Positions 13,346 through 25,944 of a stretch of DNA of 64,000 nucleotides are shown here, in pieces. The stretch spans positions 5,704,001-5,768,000 of the forward strand of contig CM059432.1 of assembly GCA_030390025.1 (NCBI GenBank), read 5' to 3'. Source of the stretch: Squalus acanthias. Taxonomy: Eukaryota. The first letter of the stretch is position 1. The number at the start of each line of letters is the position of its first letter. The notes beneath the pieces are model-generated. The model was not told where the DNA came from, made no database searches, and saw only the letters and a list, made by a program, of their open reading frames with translations. The translations under genes and the position numbers were made by a program.

Positions 13346-13654
13346 TCAATTCTTCATGTGTGACCATAGATGGTGAGTATCGGCTCTGCCCTTGACTGTG
13401 GCTTCATCACAGCTGAGCCTGATCCTGTCTGCACCTAGCATCCACACATGGCTGCTTCCAGCATATGCTGCTGCCTGTTGATCAGGAGTGGAGGCCCTGC
13501 CTTTTTTCCTTTGCTAGAGATGCTGAGGCCAAATATAGTCCTGTCTGAGATCAGCTAATTCACTGCATACTGGAGATGAAACTTGGGGCCTTCCTGTCCC
13601 TGCATGGCTCAGCTGCTATCTGAATAATCTTGCTCTGCCATCAGAGAATCTGCA

Positions 13655-14080
13655 TAAGAACATAAGAAAGAGGAGCAGGAGTAGGCCATACAGCCCCTCG
13701 AGCCTGCTCCGCCATTCAATAAGATCATGGCTGATCTTCAGCCTCAAGTCCACTTTCCCAACCAATCCCCATATCCCTTGATTCCCCATGAGTCTAAAAA
13801 TCTATTGATCTCAGCCTTGAATATACTCAGCGACTGAGCCTCCACCGCCCTCTGGGGTAGAGAATTCCAAAGATTCACAACCCTCTGAGTGAAGAAATTC
13901 CTCCTCATCTCAGTCTTAAATGGCCGACCCCTTATCCTGAGACTATGCCCCCTAGTTCTAGACTCTCCAGCCAGGGGAAACAACCTCTCAGCATCTACCC
14001 TGTCAATCCCCCTCAAATCTTATATGTTTCAATAAGATCACCTCTCATTCTTCTAAACTCCAGAGAGTATAGGCTCAATC
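13655..14080 (-). mobile_element. CR1 3' fragment
   Basis: RGHSLRIRG...RRNFFTQRVVNLWNSLP plus the CR1 tail. Confidence 0.9.
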
Positions 14081-14156
14081 TCCTTTAATTTAACCTTTTT
14101 TCCCCCCCCCACCCAGTCAGATTAAATATTTTGTAAATCCAACACCGTCCAGATAT

Positions 14157-15644
14157 AAAAACAGAAAATGCTGGAAATACTCAGCAGGTTAGGCAGCATC
14201 TGTGGAGAGAGAAACAGAGTTAATGTTTCAGGTTGATGACCCTTCATCAGAACTGGAAAAAGCTGAAGGTGGAACAGGTTTTTAAGCAAGTGGTAGGGGC
14301 AGGGAAAGGGGGGAGGGGAGGAAAGAACAAAAGGGAAGGTCTGTGATAGGATGGAAGGCAGGAGAGATTAAGAGACAAAAGGGATGATGGTGCAAGGCAA
14401 AAGGAGATGGTAATGGGACAAGTTAAGAAACAAAAGATGGCTCTAGATGAAGTGTAAATGGCACTGGCAGAATGATCGACAGCTGCCATGTGAGAGAGAG
14501 AGAAAAAAAATGGGAAAAAAAGATAGGGGCAGAGGTTATGGTCTGAAATTGTTGAACTTGATGTTGAGTCCAGAAGGCTGTAAAGTGCCTAATCGAAAGA
14601 TGAGGTACTGTTCCTCGAACTTACGTTGAGTTTCATTGGAACAGTGTAAGAGACCGAGGATGGAGAGGTCTGAGTGGGAGTGGAGCGGAGAATTAAAGTG
14701 ACAGGCGACCGGAAGCTCGGGGTCACCCTTACGGACTGAACGGAGGTGTTCCGCAAAGCGGTCACCCAATCTTCGTTTGTTCTCCCCAATGTAGAGGAGA
14801 CCGCATCGTGAGCAGCGAATACAGTATACTAAATTGCAAGAAGTACAAGTAAATTGCTGTTTCACCTGGAAGGAGTGTTTGGGGCCCTGGACAGTGGGAA
14901 GGGAGGACGGTAAAAGGGCAGGTGTTGCATCTCCTGCACTTACACGTGAAGGTGCCGGGGGAAGGGGTGTTGGTGATGGAGAAGTGGACCAGGGTGTCGC
15001 GGAGGGAGCGGTCCCTTCGGAATGCTGAAAGGGGAGGGGAAGATGTGTTTGGTGGTGGGATCACACTGGAGGTGGCGGAATTGGCTGAGGATGATCCGTT
15101 GAATGTGGAGGCTGGTGGGGTGAAAGGTGAGGACAAGGCGAACCCTATCGTGGTTCGGGAGGGAGGGGAAGGGGTGAGAGCAGAAGTGTGGGAAATAGAA
15201 CGGACACGGTCAAGGGCCATGTCAACCACAGTAGAGGGAAAACCTCGGTTGAGAAAAAAGGAAGACATGTTGGAAGCACTAGTATGGAAGGTGGCTTCGT
15301 CAGAGCAGATACGGCGGAGGCGGAGAAACTGGGAGAATGGAATAGTGTCCTTACAGGAAGTGTAGCCCAGGTAGCTGTGGGAGTCAGTGGGCTTGTAGTG
15401 AATGTTTGTCAAGAGCCTATCCCCAGAGATGGAGACAGAGAAGTCGAGGAAGGGAAGAGTCGGAGATGGACCATGTGAAGGTGAGGAAAGGGTGGAAATT
15501 GGGAGCAAAGTGAATGAAATTTTCTAGTTCAGGGCGAGAGCAGGAAACGGCACCGATACAGTCATCAATCTACCGGAAAAAGAGGTGAGGGAGGGGACCT
15601 GAGTAGGATTTCCAGCATCTGCAGTATTTTGCTTTTGTATTACT
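14157..15644 (-). mobile_element. Penelope-like retroelement, 5'-truncated (RT C-terminus + GIY-YIG endonuclease + pLTR)
   Basis: FLDFSVSI...YKPTDSHSYL...IPFSQFLRLRRICSD; VYCIRCSRCGLLYIGENKRRLGDRFAEH...PVACHFN...TLQPSGLN. Inverted pLTR tip at 15607-15640. TSD GTCCAGATAT at 14147-14156 and 15645-15654. Confidence 0.92.
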
Positions 15645-17403
15645 GTCCAGATATGTTTGTATTGCCAATTAATAATCACTGCACCAGTTTGTATTCTTTA
15701 CCTCCCCATGACTCTTTGAACTGCGCAGTTTTGTTCCTTTTAACTCTTTGTGAGCAAGACTGTCAGAAAAGTTTCTGAATTCGTAAACAGACCTATACAT
15801 GCACCTCCCATCTTAACCTTTACAGCTACACTTTATAAGGATTCATTTGCTTGTTTTTTTACAATGGTAACTAAGTGGAGGATGAGGTTTTCCGGTACAG
15901 TATCTGCTTTCATTGTGACATCACTTACTGCAGCACACATTCTCCCTATACAGCTACCATAAGTAAATTCCACGCAGTTGCTGGTATCTTTTATAGTGAA
16001 TTAATTAAAGTAATGGCGGTGACCATGGCGTGCACGACCCTAGAATAGTACAGCACAGAAGGAGGCCATTCGGCCCATTGAGTCTACGCAAGCTCTATCG
16101 AAGAGTAATCCAGTTAATCCCACTCCCCCCCGCTCTTTCCCCATATCCCTCTAATTTTTCTCCTTCAAGTATTTATCCAATTCTCTTTTGAAGGCTACTA
16201 TTGACTCTGTATCCACCGCCCTATCAGGCAATGCTTTCCAAATACTAACCTCTCTTTGCGTAAAAAAGTTTCTCCTCATCTCCCCCTCTGGTTCTTTTGC
16301 CAATCGCCTTAAATCTGTGACCTCTGGTTATCGACCCTTCAGCCACTGGAAACCGTTTCTCTTTATTTGCTCTATCTAAACCCTTCATGACTGTAGTCAT
16401 TTTTAATTATTACTTTTTTTATAATACAAGTTGGAACCATGTGCAATGTTGACTTTATTAATCCTTAATGGATGCATACTGTGCAATTCTTTTGACTAGA
16501 TCTGATTGAGTCCGAAGTTGTGGTTTGTAAAGATAGTGGGTTTTAAAAACGTATACTGCCCCAGGAAATCTGTGGTCATTTAGTTACTAGCTTTTTGGCT
16601 CCAATCACTGCTGTTTCGTATATTTTTGGTATCTTTGATTTGAAATTGTGTGGGTTTTTTCTGGGCCCTCCACAGGTTGTACGTGAAGTTTTAAACTATA
16701 TTAATAATCTCTTTGCGACATGTTTTCATAGCTGGATTATGTTGGCCTCTGTATACATATCTAGTCTATTCTCAATCAGCAACATTTTATAATATCACGC
16801 TCCCTTTATCAACAGCAATTTTCTTTTTATACCTCACTACAAATGACATTTTCTTAGAATGCTGCATTGAATTCATTATTCTCCGTCCTGTATAGTATCA
16901 TTCATGCAAATGTGATAGATTCAGCAACAAGCCAGCCCCAAAGGGACAGAACTGATGCAGGGTACACAACTGAAATGTCTTAACCTGTCTTTTTCTCTTC
17001 ACAGGTATTGACTGACCAGCTGTGCATTTCCAGCAATTTCTGTTTTTATTTCAGTATTGCGAAACCGTTTCCTATTCATGATCACTGAACTGTTTGCTGC
17101 TAATTAACTGTTTAAAATGCATGTTTTTAATGCCAGGCTTGCTAAGGGCACATACCCGAAATATGGGTATATGGAGAGTGCTTGATAGGTATTGGCCCGG
17201 GTTTTGCAGTCAGGTTCCTACTTGCGCCATAAACTTCTGTGGCTCTACAAACCAAATCTGCAATGAAGCTTTAAGTGTCTCATTGGTCATCTGCATTGAA
17301 GTAAACAAAATTAGATTTTTTTTTAATTAAAAGGAAAGAGAATGTGGCGTTGACATATATCTACTATCAAGTTAAAGATGCTGTTATTTGTATTATGTTC
17401 CAG

Positions 17404-17595
17404 GAGCTGAACCGGATGAGAAGCAAACTCTTAGTCCCTGGGACTCATCTGGATCTAGGGCCACAAGAATCCAAGATTCCCATCCTGTTAGTGCAGCAGC
17501 CTGGGAAGATGGCTGGAGAAGAGCACACTGGTTGGGGGAGTGGCTGGGATATCCTAATTCCAAAAGGATGGGGAATGGCGTTCTGGATCCCTTTG
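17404..17595 (+). CDS. POP1: POP1 coding exon (start of POPLD region)
   Basis: ttccag|GAG...TTG|gtacta, 192 bp. [13 protein letters not shown]...[22 protein letters not shown] contains the hallmark POP1 [19 protein letters not shown] motif. Confidence 0.97.
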
Positions 17596-18705
17596 GTACT
17601 AATACATGCAGTAATACTCAATTTAAAGCCTGATATTGTATCTCTTTATATCCAAGTCCAGATTATTTAGTTGTATATTGAGAAGCCACTGTTTACATCC
17701 TTCCAGTATGAAAATATCAATTAACCACTGCTGCTTTTTGTCAATCAACCAACATCCTATACATACTGTTGCACACTTTTAATACTGTATACCATAATTT
17801 TATCTATAAGCCTCCTATGCAGCACCTTATTGAATGCCTTTTGAAAATTCACTGCATTTCCTTTATCAATACACTCTCATACTTCCTCTTAATAAATATG
17901 ATACACAACTTGACTTTTATAAATCCGTGCTGGCTTGTCCTTAATTTACCCAAGTATTTTTAAGTGACTGACTATTAATTTTATCTCCTAGTGCAATCTG
18001 TAGGAGCTTACCCACCACTGATGTTAGGCTGACTCGTTCTAGTTACCCGGTTTATCCCTTTCACCCTTTGAACGGAGGTGCTACATTAGCAACTGTTCAA
18101 TACTCTTGCACAATTTCCATACCCAAAAATGTTTGAATGTGATCCGACTGCCACGTTTCCTACATTACAACAGTGACTACACTTCAAAAAGTACTTCATT
18201 GGCTGTAAAGGGCTTTGGGACGTCTTGAGGTCGTGAAAGGCGCTATAGAAATGCAAATCTTTCTTTCCTTTTCCTTCTTTCCTCCCTTTCTGAATTATAC
18301 ATAGAATCATAGAATGATACAGCGTAGAAGGAGGCCATTTGGGCCATTGTGCCTGTGCTATGTAGGCATTAACAAAGAGAAATTCCTTTAAAAGGGGTAT
18401 GGGGCGAGAGGGGGAATATGGTATTGAGATAAAGGATCAGCCATGATCATATTGAATGGCGGAGCAGGCTCGAAGGGCCGAGTGGCCTACTCCTGCTCCT
18501 ATTTTTCTATGTTTCTAAAAAAAAAAAATAATAATTGGTGTCATTTTTTTGATATGTAGAAATAATTTCTGATGAGCATCCTCACTGTAATTCCTAATTT
18601 TAAAGGACTATTAAATAATTGTAAATGCTAGAACAGAGTATTGTCCATTTCCTCTCATGGTTTTGAATCAATGACTTGTGCATAATTTCGTGACCATTTT
18701 GTCAG

Positions 18706-18860
18706 ATCTACAGGGGTGCTCGAGCAGGAGGTTTGCAAGAAGGAGCCAAACACACTCAGTATAAGGGAATTCCACACTTCCCAGATGATTTTCCGGACTG
18801 TCCAGCAGGCGTCCAGCACAGTGAGGAGACCGAGAAGGAGCTAATAGACAAATACAAGAG
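18706..18860 (+). CDS. POP1: POP1 coding exon
   Basis: gtcag|ATC...AAGAG|gttagc, 155 bp. [51 protein letters not shown](R), with the conserved DFPDCPAG motif. Confidence 0.96.
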
Positions 18861-18973
18861 GTTAGCAACAAGTCCAATTGTAGATAGCAATGTAACAATT
18901 TAACTTGCTGTGAAATAAAAGCTGAAACTGCACAGCAACTCCATCAACATATCAATAGCGAGGTTAACACTTT

Positions 18974-19198
18974 GGGGCAGATTTTTCTGCCAGGCTATTG
19001 GATGGCCTAGGCACAGCAAATTCAGGCACATCAGGTGTGGAAGAGTGCGTACCCATAATGGAGCCCATCCATTAACTTAACTGGGCAGAAATCTGGATGG
19101 TCTCCCTTGTGTGCGTGTCCCTGCTCGTTTTTTTTCCTGTATTTGCTACACCCGGTCTCTCTAATACCTTCAGGCATAGAAACAGGAAAATCTGCCCC
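18974..19198. mobile_element. MITE, PIF/Harbinger-like
   Basis: 16-bp TIR GGGGCAGATTTT(T/C)CTG with one mismatch; TTT on both flanks. Confidence 0.65.
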
Positions 19199-20884
19199 TT
19201 TTGCCTTCCAGTATTTGCAGTTCTTTTCTAACTGAAGTCCTATTTGTTATAAATTTTGCAAGCTTTGCGTGGGGTGAATCGTGGGCTTCTGTACAGCTGC
19301 GTTCAGTGTGATTCTCTGCTCAGCTGGAGCACGATTTGGTTCTGCCGGTTTTCTGTATTTCAAAGTGAAATACTCTGCTGCCAAATGTTGCCTCACCCAC
19401 CTACCTGGCTTTCCTTCCTGAATGAAGACATCTAGATAAACCCTGCACCGTGCTTATGTCATCATTCAGGCCTGCAGCACACTGCAGCGTTTGCAGCTTC
19501 ATCATCTGCCTAGAATAGTAGGGCACAGAAGGAGGCCATTCGGCCCATCGAGTCTGCGCCGGCTCTTTCGAGGAGCAAACCAGTCAGTCCCACTCCCCAC
19601 GCTCTTTCCCCATATCCCGGCAATTTTTTCTCCAAGTATTTATCCAATTCCCTTTTGAAGGCTACTATTGAATCTGTACCCACCACCCTATCGGGCATGC
19701 GCGTTCCAAATCCTAAGCACTTGTTGCTTTAAAAGGTTTTTCCTCATCTCGCCTCTGGTTCTTTTGCCAATCACCTTAAATCTGAGCCCCTCCGGTTATC
19801 GACCCTTCAGCCATTAGAAACAGTCTGCTTTTCCTGAAGTTCCATCCGTGCTCTGCCTTTCTGGTGGCATCACGCGAAGCACACATTGGAATGCAGCAGG
19901 CATGACGAGGAAGTGCATGTTTACGTGGCTTCATTTTATCTTTTAATAGCCAAAGTCAAGAGCATGCCATTTTTATATAAAAAAAAGTATTTTTTCAAAT
20001 ACTGATCCCTAAATCCCTTTTAAGAGATATTATTGACTATGCTTCCACCGCAGTTTCCTACGTGACAAAGAATATTGTTCTAACAGCTCGCATGGTTGTT
20101 GGTAACAGAAAAATAGGAGCAGGAGTAGGCCATTCGGCCCTTCAAGCCTGCTCCGCCATTCAATATGATCATGGCTGATCCTCTATCTCAATACCATATT
20201 CCCGCTCTCTCCCCATACCCCTTGATGCCGTTTGTGTCTAGAAATCTATCTATCTCCTTCTTAATATATTCAGTGACTTGGCCTCCACCGCCTTCTGTGG
20301 TAGAGAATTCCACAGGTTCACCACCCTCTGAGTGAAGAAATTTCTCCTCATCTCAGTCCTAAATGTCCTACCCAGTATCCTGAGACTGTGACCCCCCTCG
20401 TTCTAGACCGCCCCCCCCCCCCCCCCCCCCGCCACCCAGCCAGAATTTCCTGCGCCTTTATGCACAGTTGGGCAGTGCTCTGTAAATGCGAATGACTTAT
20501 TTCTGCCGGTTGGTAGCGAGTTTGACCTTTCGAACCACCACGGAGACAAATGCACTGGTTCATTTGTTTTAGTGTTCACGTCCCAGATTTGCACTTCCTG
20601 TAAAGGTTTAACTTTAATGAGGCTAATGAATGAATTTAACAAATGTCTCGCCATCCCCAATACAAGACGGGTGTGTGCCATTTAAAAGTCCAACTGAACT
20701 AACAATTCATTACAAACTGGCAGATCCAAAACAAGACCATGGAGTCCTGGTTTATATCGTGGCTGACTGTAGTTGTATTAGAGGTTTTTTTTTAAATCTG
20801 GTAAATTTGGGAATGTTGAAAGATCGCGTTGAAGTTTTATATATTTCTTTTTTCTGTAGATTAAGTAATTGAATTTCTCTACAG

Positions 20885-21253
20885 GTACCCACCAGCCAAG
20901 AGGCCTAACTATATCCATCATGGCACCATGACTCCATTCCGTTGTCCTTGGCAACGACTTGTAGAGGAATGGGAAACCCAGAACCAAGATGGCGGTATCA
21001 AACCTGCCGTCAGTGGCAAAGAACAAGAGCTGAGGTCTGAAGTGCAGGACTCAAACAAGGAACATGTTGGGGTACATGAAAAGAAAGCTTCTGAGGACAT
21101 GTCAAATGAAGAAAAACCTCCAGAGCTGGAGGAGGAAATGGAAGAGGATGCTGAACATAGTACTGCTCTTGAGCCAAAGACAGGATGTGAACCTATCCAA
21201 ATTCCAAGTACTAAAGACATTCCAGCAGAAAGTGGTCCCGTTTCCATATTGAG
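20885..21253 (+). CDS. POP1: POP1 coding exon
   Basis: ctacag|GTAC...TTGAG|gtctgt, 369 bp. (R)[30 protein letters not shown], then an acidic linker to SGPVSIL(R). Matches human [25 protein letters not shown]. Confidence 0.95.
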
Positions 21254-22229
21254 GTCTGTATATGACTTGTTTTCTTTCTAAATTCATCAAAAGTCACTGG
21301 ATGGTTTTGCTAATTAAGATATTCTTCTGAAAAGAGTTCTGTGGCTTTATTGAGAAGTAGAATGGATATGATTCTATCAAGTAGCACAATTTAACTGCAG
21401 GTAAAATAGCACTCTGCAAGCACCACAGTCTCGCAGGCGAGTGCATTGAGCCAAACTGTAGCTCATATATGTTCCTATCCACCTCCAGGATTGTTGTTTC
21501 CATTACTTCAACTAAGCAGGAGACTGGAAGCTGAGAGCAGGTGCATTAGGATGCTATTCCTTAAATATCAATTTAAAAAAATCCTCATCAGGAACTTGGT
21601 GCCTACAATTTATCTTTAGTAACAAAAAAATGCTGTCTTCCCTTCTCTTCCACCTTTAGTTAAATCCAGAGATACGGATGCTAAATTGTCACCTCAGTCC
21701 TGTAGTTGGTGCGTTTGGAGCCTCAATGTACTTGGAAGAATACGCCGTGGGCTTGTGCTTCTAATGGTGCTCAGCCGTAAGACTGTGGGAAGCTCGGCGC
21801 AGATGTATTGCCACAGAGCTGGAGGAAATACCAGCTGGGGGAAAGATGTGTGGTCAAAAAGACAATCGAGGAAAGGGGAGAAAGTACAATCGCACGATAA
21901 TTGTGGATCAGGAAGGCTGTTCCACCTATCTCATCCGTCCATAAAGCGCCCCTATTGCAGCATGCAATTATTTTAAAAATTATTCTAGGGTTTTCACTTT
22001 ACCTGGGAGTCCATTTCACCTGTTGATCGCTCTTTCTTTGAAGGAGAACTCCCTGATATCGGTCCTAAATTTGCCTTGTACTATTTTGGGCCTGCATCTT
22101 CCTTGTCCTGCTCTCTCAATTTAGGTTAAAGTCATTGTTCTTTTCCCACACTTTTAATTTAAAATAGTATTCCTGATGACCCTTTTCAATACCATTGATG
22201 GGTGAGTGGAACTTGGTACAGGACTTGAA

Positions 22230-24320
22230 ACAGGCTAAGGTATGGGCAGCAGAGTTTTTGGTGAGCTGAAGTTTGGAGGATGTGAGGCTGGCTAGGAGAG
22301 CATTAGAATAGTCAGGACTGAAGCTAACAAAGACATGGATGAGTTTTTCAGCAGCAGGTGGGCTGAGGTGGGCGATGTTACGGAGGTGGAAGTAGGCAGT
22401 CTTTTTGATGGAGAGGATATGGGGTCAAAAGCTTAGCTTGGTGTCGAATAGGATTTGCGAGCAGTCTGGTTCAACCTGAGACAGTGGTGGAGAGGGGTAT
22501 GGAATCGTTGGAATGTGGTGGGGACTGAAAGATGATAGCTTTGGACATCCCAGTTGTTTAAATGGAGAAGAATGTGGCTCATACAAAGCTGGGTGTCAAA
22601 CAAGGCACATAGATAGTGTAGGGGTCGAGAGAGGTGGTGGAGGGGTAACGCTGGATCTTTGTTGGTGAGCATGTGGAAGCTGGCCCCAGGTCTTCGGGTG
22701 ATGTTGCTAAGGGTCAGAATGTTGATGAAACCGATGAGGGAGTCAAGGATAGATCCTTGGGGTCTCCAGAGGTAACAGTGTGGGGGTGGGACGAGAAGCC
22801 ATTGCTGAGAATCCTCTGGATAGGTTAGGTAAAAATGGAACCTTGTGAGGGTAGTCTCACTTAGCTGGACGTTGGAGCGTCGGCGTTGGAGGAGGATTGT
22901 GTGGTCGACTGTCTATCAAAGTCTGCAGAGAGGATTAAGAGGAGAAAAGCACCACAGTCATAGAGCATGTCATTTGTGACTTTGATTGATTCGGGCCATT
23001 TCAGTGCTGTGGCAGGGGTGGAAACGTGATTGGAGAGATTCAAACATGGAGTTGCAGGAAAGATGGGCACAGATTTGGGAAGCAACAAAATGATCCAGGA
23101 CAAAAGCAAAATACTGCAGAGCTGGAAATCTGAAATAAAAACAGAAAATGATGGAAACACTCAGCAGGTCAGGCAGCCTCTGTGGAGGGGGAAACCGAGT
23201 TAACATTTCAGGTCGAGAACCTTTCATCAGAACTGGAAGATGTTAGCGATGAATAGCACTTAAGCAAATACAGAACCAGAGAAAAGGGTGGGGGGGGGTG
23301 GATGCAAGGAACGAACAAAAGGGAAAGGCCTGTGATGGGGTGGAGTGATTAAATGACAAAAGGACTCGGTCACTTAATGGCGGTGGAGAAAATGACAAAG
23401 GACTTGAGAGGTGTGGCAGTTTGCAAGAACAGCGGGTTCGTGGATGTGTTTTTTGAAGTGGGGTTGATGATGGTTTTGAAAAGGATGGGGACAGTACCTG
23501 AGGAGAGGGAACCATTTCCAATGTCCGCTAGCATGGGAGCCTGGAAGGAAAGTTGGGTGGTCAGCAGTTTAGTGGGAATGGGTTCAAGAGAGCAGGAGGT
23601 GGGTCTCGTGGACAAAATTAGCTTGGGAGAGGGCATGAGAGAGGAGAAAGAAAGAAAGACTTGCATTTCTATAGCGCCTTTCACGACCACCGGACGTCTC
23701 AAAGCGCTTTACAGCCAATGAATTACTTTTGGAGTGTAGTCACTGTTGTAATGTGGGAAATGCGGCAGCCAATTTGCGCACAGCAAGCTCCCACAAACAG
23801 CAATGTGATAATGACCAGATAATCTGTTTTTGTTATGTTGGTTGATAAATATTGGCCAGGATACCGGGGATAACTCCCCTGCTCTTCTTCGAAATAGTGC
23901 CATGGGATCTTTTACGTCCACCTGAGAGAGCAGATGGGGCCTCGGTTTAACGTCTCATCCGAAAGACGGCACCTCTTGACAGTGCAGCATTCCCTCAGCA
24001 CTGCACTGGAGTGGGACTTGAACCCACAACCTTCTGACTCAGAGGCGAGTGTGCTACCAACTGAACCACAGCTGGAGGAGAGAAACTAGAGAAGGAAATG
24101 GGATCGGGGCTGGAGGAGATTTGTTTTGGGCAGGGGGATGGGGAAGAAACAGCAGAGGCAGCTGAACAGATGGTCTCAATCTTCGTGACAAAGAATTCCA
24201 TGAGCTCTTCGCACTTGTTGGAGGAGAGTGTGGAGGGGGCAGGGAAGAGGGGTTTGAGTAGATGGTTGGCAGTGGAGAAAAGTAGCTGGGGATTATCTTT
24301 GCTTTCCAACTTAATTGCAT
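22230..24320 (-). mobile_element. Degenerate L2 LINE ORF2 with a nested PLE pLTR (~23100-23370) and Deu-SINE (~23648-24072)
   Basis: L2-type peptides DNPQLLFSTANHLL, TSCSLEPIPTKLL, SLSSGTVP; nested repeats recognised by identity to other copies in the window. Confidence 0.7.
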
Positions 24321-24420
24321 TGTGTGCTCGTATAAATTCTATTTAAAATAGCAGTTTTGTCCTATTGATTCTAGGAATAGGCAAGATATTATAGACATTA
24401 ACTTTTCCGTTGTGTTACAG

Positions 24421-25072
24421 GAGTAGAAAGTTGCTGAAGCAGATATCTGCATGGTGTCGACCTACATCCAGCAGAGGTCAGAAGACCCAGCGGTGCAGAC
24501 GGTCTGCGCAGCTGCAGATGACACCAGATGATGTGAAGTCAATCATCTGCTCCTATCCCCGGTTCCTTGTCTGGGTCAGGCTGTCATTGCTGAAAAAAGG
24601 CAGTCCCGTTGCTAATGCGACCATTTGTATTCCTTCCAAAGAGGACCTCCAGCTTTCGGTGTCAGACCCTAATTGTTGTGGCCCTCAAGAACCAAAACAC
24701 CGAGACCCCTTCAAACGCAAGTGCAAAACCTTGAAGGGCAAGAAGAAACTGGCTTTGCCGGAGCATCTAGAAACTGGTTCTGGAGATTTGGGAATCAAGT
24801 CAGTTTCCAGTTGTAGAATGGATTTAATTCGAGGGTTATGGCCCGACCAGCTGCAAGGTGTGACGTCCCACTGCTCCAGACTTACAATTGGATACGTGAG
24901 CCAAGGGGATTTTTCATTGACTGTGGGCTGCGGAGAAGCACTGGGGTTTGTCAGTTTATTGGGACTTTTGCATATGGCGTCCAACCAGCCCGCAGACAAA
25001 CGTGGTCTTGTACTTGTCAGGAACCCCGCTTCTCTGCAGTACCGGTTAGCTAAAATAAATATTGAGGTATAA
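24421..25072 (+). CDS. POP1: POP1 terminal coding exon
   Basis: ttacag|G AGT AGA AAG. Translates (R)SRKLLKQISAWC...GYVSQGDFSLTVGCGEALGFVSL...RGLVLVRNPASLQYRLAKINIEV, then TAA. Matches the human POP1 C-terminus ...SLQYRFARIAIEV. Confidence 0.97.
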
Positions 25073-25553
25073 ACAGACGCTAGGTTCTGATACAAATTTC
25101 AGGTAGTCCGTTTTAAAAACAATATCTCGAAGCACGTACAAAGTTAAATGTTTACATTTTCATTCGAAAGATTAGATTTTTTTTTTAATAAGTGGTACAA
25201 CCCAGTTGAGTTGGGCTTGAATTCTGAAGATGAAGAGCAGGGGAATCTAGAATTAGTTCTCTATCAATCAAAGATGTCTCTCTTGACCAGATTTTTTTCT
25301 TTATTTGCTTCTTCCACCCATGCAATACTTACCAGACCACCTTTCTGGAAAAGGCAATTTCCAGTGATGGTCATTGTAAATAGATGAATTTGCAATGTAA
25401 CTGCAGTATATTTTAGCGACGTTAAAATGAACCCTTGTTTGCATAATTGTAATCAGTGTCTTTGAATATTGAGGATTTGTGATGGACTAAGTCCATGTCT
25501 TATGAACTGAACAGGAAATCAATCAGCGTTGTCCTCAGATTGACTTTGTCACG

Positions 25554-25612
25554 ATTAAAAATAAAATGGCTGAGAATGATGTTTGTTTTATCGCTGTGTT
25601 CAGTTTTTCTTT
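25554..25612 (+). promoter_or_regulatory. Probable POP1 polyadenylation signal
   Basis: Adjacent ATTAAA (25554) and AATAAA (25560) ~490 nt after the stop, followed by a GT/T-rich tract (gatgtttgttttatcgctgtgttcagtttttc). Confidence 0.55.
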
Positions 25613-25944
25613 TAAGATTGCAGTTTATAATTGGGCTTTCAGTTTTTAATCTAGTCTTAACAACGGGGAAAATTGTAGCCTGAATAACTGGCATGTCATC
25701 TAAAGTCCTTCGAGGTGACCCCAGTTACCTGCCTTTCAGATTTGTAGCCACTTTAACTATGCACTCCAAATAGTGATCAGCTTGATTGCAGTTTTAAAAT
25801 AGTGTAAAACTGAATGAGGAAAGTCTTTCTAGCTTTAAAAAAAAACCCATCCTCGTATCCTCTTCACTACTCCAAAAGAGAGATTTATTAAACTGTAGAG
25901 ATAAAAAGCAGAAAACACTCGAAGCTTGAAATCTGTAATAAAAG

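Noticed and set aside
13350..13645. Old SINE-like sequence as LF-SINE (similar one at ~2895-3135)
   Set aside because: It looks like a decayed minus-strand SINE but could not be matched confidently to a named family by eye.
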